64,000 bases of DNA, from contig OX597815.1 in NCBI GenBank assembly GCA_951406725.2, forward strand, positions 77,934,001 through 77,998,000. Reading direction: 5' to 3'. The DNA comes from Octopus vulgaris (lineage: Eukaryota). The translations under genes were made by a program, and so were the position numbers. Below the pieces are notes generated by a model. That model saw only the letters and a list, made by a program, of their open reading frames with translations. It was not told the DNA's origin and did no database searches. Of this stretch, positions 54,668-64,000 are shown piece after piece. Numbering within the stretch: the stretch's first letter is position 1; every line of letters begins with the position of its first letter.

Positions 54668-55046
54668 GTTTGACTTTTGTTTTGTATTTGTACAAGTTGA
54701 CTCCAAGTCTCAGCCAGAGATCTCAAGAGACAACAAGTTAGAAGTTCATGTTGGTGTTATGCCTAGGGTGTCATATACTTGGTTTTGCACATAGTATTGT
54801 TCGAGAGAATGTTTAAGGAGACATAAGAAAATTATGAGTTTGTTTTAAAATTTGAGATTACATAGTACTTTACGTAGGATATGGGCAGTTCCCATGAACT
54901 CTATCTTTTGAATTTCTGCCATTTAGGGTTTCCTGGTATCTGAGCTAGGTAGGAATCAGCCCTTTTTGCTATCATTCCTAGGAGGGTACCTATGACAACA
55001 GGTATTGTTTTAGTCTTGAGGTTCCACATTTTACCAATTTCTATCA
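54666..55046 (-). mobile_element. 5'-truncated R4/Dong-type LINE 3' end embedded in (TAA)n
   Basis: IEIGKMWNLKTKTIPVVIGTL..MGTAHILRKVL (RLE-domain C-terminus) plus 3' UTR; (ATT)n on both flanks. Confidence 0.8.
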
Positions 55047-55220
55047 ATTATAATAATTATTATTATTATTATTATTAAGATGATGAACTGGTTCAACTGT
55101 TAGCACAATATGTATATTGTTATACTTGGGGATGATCTTTTTTTTTTTGTCAATTAAATGCATGCACTATTTCTTTGATATTCACTTCAGGTTTTATTTG
55201 TATTATTTTTGAGTTTATTG

Positions 55221-55437
55221 AAGGCGGCGAGCTGGCAAAATCGTTAGCATTCCAGGCGAAATGCTTAGTGGTATTTCATCTGCCACTACATTCTGAGTCG
55301 AAACCCACCCAGGTTGACTTTTGCCTTTCATCCTTTTGGGGTTGATTAAATAAGTACCAGTTATACACTGGGGTCAATGTGATCGACTTCCCCCTCCCTG
55401 CAAATTTCAGGCCTTGTGCCTATAATAGAAAGGAGTA
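55221..55437 (+). mobile_element. Young family-A SINE with 13-bp TSD
   Basis: ttttgagtttatt at 55207-55219 and 55438-55450. Confidence 0.9.
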
Positions 55438-55454
55438 TTTTGAGTTTATTTGTC

Positions 55455-55663
55455 TACTCTTTTTACTCTTATACTTGTTTCAGTCATGTGACTGTGGCCA
55501 TGCTGGAGCACCGCATTTAGTCAAGCAAATCGACCCCAGGACTTATTCTTTGTAAGCCTAGTACTTATTATATCGGTCTCTTATACCGAACCGCTAAGTT
55601 ATGGGGACGTAAACACACTAGCATCGGTTGTCAAGTGATGTTGGGGGGACAAACACAGATACA

Positions 55664-55711
<48 letters not shown>

Positions 55712-55883
55712 CATATATACAACAGGCTTCTTTCAGTTTCCATCTACCAAATCCACTCACAAGGCTTTGGTCAGCCTGAGGCTATAGTAGAAGACACTTG
55801 CTCAAAGTGCCACGCAGTGGGACTGAACCCAGAACCATGTGGTTGGTAAGCAAGCTACTTACCACACAGCCACTCCTACGCCT
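55455..55883 (-). mobile_element. Young full-length family-B SINE
   Basis: CpG-retaining copy with internal (CA)n. Confidence 0.9.
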
Positions 55884-55982
55884 ATAATGTCTGTCAAAGT
55901 TCTTTCATCACACATTCTGTAACCTCATCAGTGACTCTCAGTTCCATGTGTCTCATCTTGTCCTGCTTATTCCATTTTGATG

Positions 55983-56019
<37 letters not shown>

Positions 56020-56488
56020 TCATTTTCATGTTCACCATTCCATGCTTTCATGAGGCTGACAGATTTTCATTGAGGCAGATTTGTTGCAGATTTTCTATAT
56101 TTGGATGCTCTTCCTATCATCCACCCCTACCTGTTTCCATGCAAGTTAATATTTCCCCTTGGCCAGACATGTTTTCACAGAATATTGAAAATTAATGACA
56201 CTGCTTATGTGACAGTGACATTCATTTACAACTGTCACATGATGTCAAGACAAGGAGACACAAACATACACAATTCACACACACACACACATACACATGA
56301 CAGGCTCTTTACAGTTTCTAAATCCACTCACAATGCTTTGGTTAACCAAGGGCTGTAGTAGAAGACATTTGGTGCCACACAGTGGAACTAAACCCTAACC
56401 ATCTGACTGAGAAGCATACATTTTAACCACACAGTCATACCTGCATTATGTGTGTGTGTGTGTATGTATGTATGTGTGTGTGTGTGTG

Positions 56489-56535
<47 letters not shown>

Positions 56536-56597
56536 TTTTTTCGTAATGAGATAAAAAACCAAGGCTGAGTAGATTTTAGAACATTTATAGATAGAAG

Positions 56598-56895
56598 GTC
56601 TTACAGCTGTTTCCAGGATATTTATTATATCCCTTCATCTATTTCTTTACTACCCACAAGGGGCTAAACACAGAAGGGACAAACAAGGACAGACAAATGG
56701 ACCAAGTCGATTATATCGACCTTAGTGCGCAACTGGTACTTATTTAATCGACTCCGAAAGGACGAAAGGCGAAGTCAACCTCAGCGGAATTTGAACTCAG
56801 AACGTAGCGGCAGACGAAATACCGCTAAGCATTTCGCCCGACATGCTAACGATTCTGCCAGCTCGCCGCCTTTATTATATCCCTTCATCAAAGAC
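56598..56895 (-). ncRNA. Hammerhead ribozyme motif split by a SINE insertion
   Basis: Removing the SINE and one TSD gives GUCU-UUGAUGA-AGGGAUAU(AAUAA)AUAUCCUG-GAAAC-AGCU-GUA-AGAC. Confidence 0.7.
56640..56870 (-). mobile_element. Young family-A SINE with an alternative 3' tail and 19-bp TSD
   Basis: TSD tttattatatcccttcatc at 56621-56639 and 56871-56889; CpG-rich head ggcggcgagctggcagaatcgttagc. Confidence 0.95.
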
Positions 56896-57049
56896 GGTCT
56901 GAGAGAATAGTTAAGTAATAATTAATTTAGATATGATACAAAATAGAGAGTGAGGTGGAGGAAAGAAAATAGATGTGAGATATGTAGGGATATTGAATTT
57001 GTAGATCCATTATTTAGGCAAAATGGTATACATGTAAGATTCCAATAAG

Positions 57050-57555
57050 AGATGCATGGCTTAATGGCTATGGTATTCAACTCATGATCATAAGGTCATG
57101 TGTTCAATTCCCGATGGCACATCGAGTCCTTGAGCAAGACACTTTATTTCCTATTGCACTAGATACTCAGGTGGCAAAAATGAGTTGTACCACATGTGTA
57201 TCGTTGGCGATTTTCTTTCTCCGTCTTCCCTTCCTTGGACCTTTCCTTTTTCTATGTTTCTGACAAAGAGCTCCGCTCAAAACATTAAATTCTCCTTCTT
57301 TCTTTCCTTTCCTGAGCATCCAATAACACTATACTTGTTCCACATCCTCACGTTGTTGTGTTTTCTCTTTGTTCATGTTTGGATTAACTATAATTTAAAG
57401 GGCCAGCTTGTCACATTCTGTGCCATGCTGAATTTCCCAGAGAACTATGTTAAGGGTACATGTGCTTGTGGAGTGCTCAGCTACTTGCATGTTAATTCCA
57501 TGAACAGGATGTTCTGGTGACTGGATCAACTGGAACACTTGTTGTAACTGATGAA
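57050..57555 (+). mobile_element. Family-D SINE interrupted by a ~200-bp insertion at ~57190-57392
   Basis: tRNA-like head and gtccttgagcaagacactttatttc core; 3' part resumes at aaagggccagcttgtcac (homologous to 5105-5285 minus). Confidence 0.75.
57200..57392 (+). mobile_element. Penelope-like relic with decayed hammerhead motif (57256-57290)
   Basis: GUUU-CUGACAA-A-GAGC(UCC)GCUC-AAAAC-AUU-AAAU; same architecture as 35701-35872, including downstream ttcctgagca. Confidence 0.55.
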
Positions 57556-57683
57556 TCATATATATATGTATATATATATATATATATAATGTTAATTAGA
57601 GACAAAACCACTATTTTGCAAATCAAACAAAGAAAGACTTAATCCAATACATAAAAAAATTTAATATAAATTAAATAAAATTA

Positions 57684-57739
57684 AAATCGCCACTACAATT
57701 GTTTCATGTCTCTTCTAAGGACATTCATCAGGTGGATTT
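57684..57739 (-). ncRNA. Intact minimal type-I hammerhead ribozyme
   Basis: CCAC-CUGAUGA-AUGUC(CUUAGAAGA)GACAU-GAAAC-AAUU-GUA^GUGG: full core, stem I CCAC/GUGG, 5-bp stem II, short stem III with palindromic loop. Confidence 0.85.
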
Positions 57740-58023
57740 CAGATCTAAAAATAATCAATATTTTTAAGATATAAATTTAAAATGACTAGAACTATAAATA
57801 ATATAAATTTATCAATGAAAAAATATATATATATATAATCTATATATAATCTATATATAATCAAGAACTAAAATAACCTCTATAAACAATTGAATATAAA
57901 GAAACCTAGTATTTAAGTTCTCATATTTAAAGATGAAGAATCTAATTTCAAAAAACAAAAAAATAAAATATATATACACACATGCTCATATACATAAATC
58001 TAAGTATATATAAACATATCTAA

Positions 58024-58060
<37 letters not shown>

Positions 58061-58176
58061 ATGGAATTTATAAATATTTAATACATTATTATGCGTGTTT
58101 GACAAATCACATGATTTTTAACATTAGAAATAATACATTTTTAAATCTCTCTGAGATTTATGCAGTAGCAGCACGA

Positions 58177-58360
58177 TAAACTGATAGTATGTTGTCAACT
58201 TAATGTGACAGTCCCATGAAAGGGAAGAATTCTACTGCTATTTAGCCCTAGGAAACACCGTTTCCTGTTGAACTTGACACATTTCCTAGGGCTAAATAAC
58301 AGTAGCATTCTTCCCTTTCATGGGATTGTCACATTAAGTTGACAACATACTATCACTTTA
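58177..58360. repeat. Near-perfect foldback (79-bp arms, 26-nt spacer), MITE-like
   Basis: 58177-58255 versus 58282-58360 reverse complement, 4 mismatches by eye. Confidence 0.9.
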
Positions 58361-59262
58361 ACATTAGAGTCGGTATCCTTGAGATTAGTACAGTATAGTA
58401 TGTATTATCTGTGGCCATCTAGTTGATCATCATTATTGATTCATTTCATCAGGTGACACTGCATTATTGGATGAATCACTGAGGGATGTTTATCCCTTCT
58501 TGCCAGTATGAAGGCCAATCTAGCAATGTGGATATTTCTGTATGTACCTTGTAGGGGGTGGGGTAGATGATAGGAGTAGAGGAAGGAAATAGGAGCTTTA
58601 TTTGCATACCCTTCAATGTTATCATAAATGAATATAAAAGATATATATATATATATAATAACACCTTTAATTCTTATCAAAAATATTTATTCGTTATTCA
58701 TTTCATTAAACTGTCTTTCTACGTGGAATGTAACACATCTTATCTTTAATTAATGATTCCTTTAGTATTTGCTCACCAACCACACCAATCTGCTGATGAA
58801 AGATATCAAAGTGACTAGGTGTGTCCTTTATAAGTCTAGACCTATAAACTATTGTAACAATAGATAAAGAACGAACTTTTACTGAGCCCTGCAAAGTTTG
58901 CAATTGTAATTTTTCATTCACTTGAAGACATTCAATGATAATTATCCTAATTTATTAAGATAATTATGACGTTATCATTATCATAATTTATTAACTAATG
59001 CTTGATAGGTCATTCACTTCTTTCAAGCGTGTATAAATACTAAGAAGACTGCCCTTGTGTGTGTGTGTGCGTGAGTCATCATCATCATCGTTTAAAATCC
59101 ACTTTCCATGCTGGCATGAGTTGGACGGTTTGACATGGAGCTGGCCAGATTCTAATTGTTTGTTGTGGCATGGTTTTTACAACTGGGTGCCCTTTCTAAT
59201 GCCAATCACTTAATAGAGTGTGCTGGGTGATAGGCATTAGGAAGGGCATTCAACTGCAGATG

Positions 59263-59492
59263 TGTGTGTCCCTGTATATATACTCTTTTTTTTACGTGTT
59301 TCAGTCATTTGACTGCGGCCATGCTGGAGCACCGCCTTTAGTCGATCAAATCGACCCCGGGACTTATTCTTTGTAAGCCCAGTACTTATTCTATCAGTCT
59401 GTTTTGCCGAACCGCTAAGTGATGGGGACGTAAACACACCAGCATCGGTTGTCAAGCAATGCTAGGGGAACAAACACAGACACACAACCCCC

Positions 59493-59528
<36 letters not shown>

Positions 59529-59697
59529 CACATATATACGACAGGCTTCTTTCAGATACCGTCTACCAAATCCACTCACAAGGCATTGGGCGGCCCGGGG
59601 CTATAGCAGAAGACACTTGCCCAAGGTGCCACGCAGTGGGACTGAACCCAGAACCATGTGGTTGGTTAGCAAGTTACTTACCACACAGCCACTCCAG
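59263..59697 (-). mobile_element. Young family-B SINE adjoining the RTE fragment
   Basis: Near-identical architecture to 55455-55883. Confidence 0.9.
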
Positions 59698-60518
59698 TGG
59701 ATCATGCTAGCTTCATTTCTTTCAAGCCTACGCATGTCCTCTGCAGTCACAGCCCATGTTTCACTACCATGAAGCATGGCAGTTCATTCACATGCGTCGT
59801 ACAATCTACCTTTCACTCTAGAGACCCTTTGTCACCAGTTGGGATAGAAGCTTTCTAAACTTTGCCCATGCTATTCGTATTCTAGTGGTGACACTCTCTG
59901 AGCATCCACCTCCACTACTAACTTGGTCACCTAGGTAGCGGAAACTATCAACTACTTCTAGTTTCTCCCACTGGAGTGTGACGGAATCTGTTTTCTGAGT
60001 ATCTGTGGTGTCTATTGCCCCTGTGCATCTGCCGCACATGAAAGCTATCTTCTCGGTTAATTTTCCTTTGATGTTGCTGCACCTCTTATGCATCCATACC
60101 TTACACTGGGTACATCTTATGGAGTTTCTACCTACACCTTTTCTACAGATCGAGCAGGGCCACCTACTTGAGGGGGTGTGGGATGAGTTCGCCTTCCTAC
60201 TTACTATAACTTTGGTCTTTGCTACATTGACTCTAAGGCCTTTTGATTCTAAACCTAGCTTCCACACCTGAAATTTCTTTTCTAGTTCCAGTAGGGATTC
60301 TACTATGAGGGCCAGGTCATCAGCATAGAGGAGCTCCCAGGAGCAACCTGTCTTGAATTCCTGTTATTGCCTGGAGGACTATGATGAATAAAAGGGGACT
60401 GAGGGCTGAACCTTGGTAGACCCCTACTTCTACCCGGAATTCTTCACTATACTCGTTGCCAATCCTAACCTTGCTAACAGCCTCTCTGTATAGGGCTTGT
60501 ACAGCCCTTATTAACCAC
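59698..60518 (-). mobile_element. RTE-clade LINE fragment: RT with embedded PHD finger
   Basis: GVYQGSALSPLLF, WELLYADDL (YADD at 60316-60327), GLRVNVAKTKV, C4HC3 finger, FRYLG, RIRIAWAKF, MLHGSETW; one frameshift near 60360. Confidence 0.95.
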
Positions 60519-60790
60519 ATATATATACATACATACACACACACGCACGCACAAATATGTAAATTATTATTGTTCCTGAATGTTGTTTTTTATACCTACC
60601 ATTGACTGCCTAAAGCTTACAAAATTCCTATGCTTAGATCTTTGGATCTTATAATTACATATCGAAATTATAATGGTCTTTCTGCCACTAACCTTTATGT
60701 TCAAGTTAGGGATCTTTTGTTCCACACATCTTTGAAGGTGTAACACCAGTAGATCACCTATTAACAAGAGAAATAACAGCAAGATTCCCA

Positions 60791-60859
<69 letters not shown>

Positions 60860-61857
60860 CCAGGTATCAATGCATTTCGACCATTTCCAGCGGCTCCATT
60901 TAATTGATCCATGAAAACATTACATCAATTTGAAAGAAACTGCTCTCCTCTGAAGCAGATGACCATATAGATTTACAATATAAAGAATAAATCATTTTTT
61001 TTTTTTTGCATAATTTACATTGGTACAAGAAACCAAAATAATTGCATTGTTTCCTTTTGCTATGTAATTAATTTAATTATGATTATTACTATTAAATTAA
61101 TTTTTTACCATGTTATTTACATGTTAATATTACCGTTTGAAATGAGCGTATGCATGGATTAAATTTTTTTAAAGCTTATAACACTTCTTCTCCATCTTTA
61201 ATTGTTTGTTGAGTCTCTATAGGATACATGTTCTATAAATGCTCATAACAGACTTTATATATATATAGACTATGGAACCTAGTGTGACCCCCTGGCCTTA
61301 CCAGTTCCTGTGAAGCTGTCCAATCCATGCCAGCATGGAAAATAGACATTAAATGATGATATATGCATTATCTCTTTAGCACCTCCCTAATTCTATTTGT
61401 ATATCATTTTTCAACACTTCAATAATACACCTTCAGGCTATGTTTAAAAAGAATATCAGTCTATGCTTCTCACTGGAACAAGCCAGAGGGTAGTGGGAAC
61501 AGTGTTGGAGGTGGCAGTGGTGGTGGTGGTAGTAGTGGGGGAACTAAGAAACTATCAAACAACCACCTTAGCAACATGACTTCCTTTATACCTTAACTCA
61601 GGGATATTATTTAATCACTTAAGCTTTCAGGTAAACATGAACGGCTCTAAATTGTGATTGGTCAAAAAAGAGGTTGGTGATGGTGATTACACAAGGGTGT
61701 TGGGTGTCACGATTATAAACTAGCTATATTAGGATCACTTGGAAGGAAATACCAAATGCTGCTGCTAACATTTGTCTTTTTTGTTGTTGTTTTTGTTTGG
61801 TTCATTTTTTATTATTAAATAAACATTTTCTAATTGAAGTATATAGTAGTGGTGATT

Positions 61858-61896
61858 GTTTGGTTGGCTGGCTGGTTAGTTGGTTGGCTGGCTGGT

Positions 61897-61927
<31 letters not shown>

Positions 61928-62200
61928 TTGGTTGGTTGGTTGGTTGGCTGGCTGGTTGGTTGGTTGGATGGCTGGCTGGCTGGCTGGTTGGTTGGTTGGT
62001 TGGATGGCTGGTTAGTTGGTTGGATGGCTGGCTGGTTGGTTGGTTGGCTGGCTGGTTGGTTGGTTGGTTGGATGGCTGGCTGGCTGGCTGGCTGGCTGGT
62101 TGGTTGGTTGGTTGGATGGCTGGCTAGTTGATTCGTTGATTGGTTGGCTGGTTGGTTGGTTGGTTGATTGGTTGGCTGGCTGATTGGTTGGCTGGTTAGT
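61858..62200. repeat. (GGTT/GGCT/GGAT)n tetranucleotide satellite
   Basis: Directly visible. Confidence 0.95.
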
Positions 62201-63046
62201 GAGGTTCTAATGCCTGTAGCTCCACCATTACTACCATCATCTATGTCTTGTACCATCATTACTACCACCAGCATAACTCCTGTGTTGGTGGTCACTACCT
62301 CCTCCAACACATCTAATATCAGTGCTAATACCACTGTTGCCACTATCTCCACTATTACCATCACCACCACTACTGTAAGTCAGCACTACCACTGATGTCA
62401 GTCAGCATGACCACCACCAAGTATCACCCTGATGGTGTTGGTCATAATCTTCACCTCTTATATCGCTTGCATTCACATTACCATCACTGTTACCACCACT
62501 ACCATCCAGCATCACTCTAGCATTGTTGGTCACTGTCTCCACCTACATCACCTCTACTATTGCTTGCATCCACATTGCCATCTCTGCTACCACCACCACC
62601 ACCATCACCACCATAAACATCATCTATACCACTATAACTGCCAGCTCACTTGCTGCTACCACTATAATCCCACTAGCATCATTTCATGATTATCTTCACA
62701 TTACCAGTTAAATTTGTGGGATAGATAGAAAGCTTAAAGCGGAAGTAATGTCTAAAATCAAGAGTCCTTAAAATAAGCTTAATGAAGAGAAAAGTTTTGG
62801 TTAACAAGAAGGAAGATGGCCAGTAGGTGGTGCTGGGTCCTATTTCCATCTAAGGAATGGCTATGCTCAGTACACAGGAAAAGAGTAGAGAAGAAAGTCA
62901 CATAGTGTAGTCAATGTAAATTATGGATGCACATAAGACACAATTAACAGGCTAACAGTGAAGAAGAACTTTGTATATAACAGACACCACCAAAGAGTAG
63001 TCAGCTGTGTGTATATGTATATATATATTATATACTACACCCCCGT

Positions 63047-63360
63047 GGAGGCACATGGCTGAATGGTTAGAGTATCGGGCTCACAATCATGAAGAAGTGA
63101 ATTCAATTCCTGGACCAGACTGTGTTTTGTGTTCTTGAACAAGACACTTTATTTCACATTGCTCCAGTTCACTCAGCTGTAGAAATGAGTTGCAATGTCA
63201 CTGGTGCCAAGCTGTATTGGCCTTTGCCTTTCCCTTGGGCAACATCAGTGGCATGGAGAGGGGACTGCTGGTCTTCCATAAACAATCTTACCTGGACTAG
63301 TGCCTTGGAAGGGGACTTTCTAGGTGCAATCCCATGGTCATTCATGACCAAAGGGGTCTA
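63047..63360 (+). mobile_element. Family-D SINE
   Basis: ggaggcacatggctgaatggttagag head; gtgttcttgaacaagacactttatttcac core. Confidence 0.75.
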
Positions 63361-63744
63361 AACGACACTCACACTCTCAGTTGAAGGGTGCCTTGTCTTG
63401 TGAGTTTGTGACCTCACTAAGTGCTACATGGAAATTACACAGTAAGACACCTTACTGTAGAAACCATGCCAAAGCAGACATTGATGTTTGGTGCATTCCT
63501 CTGCCTCACTGGCTCCTGTCAAATCATCCAACCCATACTGGCATAAGAAACAGACATTAAACAACAATAACGAAGCAGTAGTAAAGAAAGACAACAATAA
63601 AAGCTAGAAGTACAAGAAAAAGTGCATAGGCCCAGTGTTTAAATTTTAGAAACATGGAATTTTTGAAGGATGCAATGTCCAGACAGCTAACAAACAATGT
63701 AGTTTATTTTATTCTATGCTTTAACAATTCTGAGTATGAAAAAA

Positions 63745-64000
63745 TGATTTCAAAAGCCATAGGTGCTGTAGAGGACAAAATATATAATCAGTGTAAGATC
63801 ATAAATTTGGCAATCTCCTATGATAGCAGAGTAGATATCAAAGAAATTCAAAAAATTGAAAGATAACAAAATCTAGCCAGAGAACTGAAGAGATTATGGG
63901 AAACTAAGACAACAATTATTCCTATAGTAATTGGTAGACTTGGTACAACACCCAAACTGCTACTTAAGAGGCTGAAAGATAGTGGAATTGAAACTCACTT
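63745..64000 (+). mobile_element. R4/Dong-type LINE RLE-domain fragment running off the window end
   Basis: CKIINLAISYDSRVDIKEIQKIER*QNLARELKRLWETKTTIIPIVIGRLGTTPK. Confidence 0.75.

Noticed and set aside
58430-58460. CUGAUGA on the minus strand as another hammerhead (also 58792 on plus)
   Set aside because: No stem II or properly placed GAAA/UH with a pairing stem I
61631-61657. Candidate next exon starting VNMNG after tttcag
   Set aside because: In-frame stop after 8 codons; no PDZ-like continuation
63047-63120. tRNA gene (also 33604, 45448, 57050)
   Set aside because: A/B-box heads run into SINE bodies; no intact cloverleaf

Overview
AT-rich, repeat-dense eukaryotic (animal) genomic DNA. 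The tRNA-derived SINE families, the RTE and R4/Dong LINE relics and the microsatellite load look like an octopus/coleoid cephalopod genome (inferred from pattern recognition, not from a search). Only one protein-coding gene is supportable: a + strand gene with a 105-nt ATG exon (48607-48711) spliced in frame to a 2310-nt Ser/Thr/Gln-rich exon (48893-51202) that ends in a PDZ-like 'GDLIVE|' motif; the gene is incomplete in this window. The rest is a layered transposon landscape: two mariner copies in opposite orientation, an internally deleted piggyBac, a hAT-like MITE, RTE LINE fragments with a PHD finger embedded in the RT region, R4/Dong-type fragments, four SINE types, foldback elements and microsatellites. 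The most notable non-annotated signal is a set of four minimal type-I hammerhead-ribozyme motifs, three clustered in 56.6-57.7 kb. One is intact and one is split by a SINE with a 19-bp TSD. Nearly all short ORFs in the supplied track are microsatellite or SINE artefacts.
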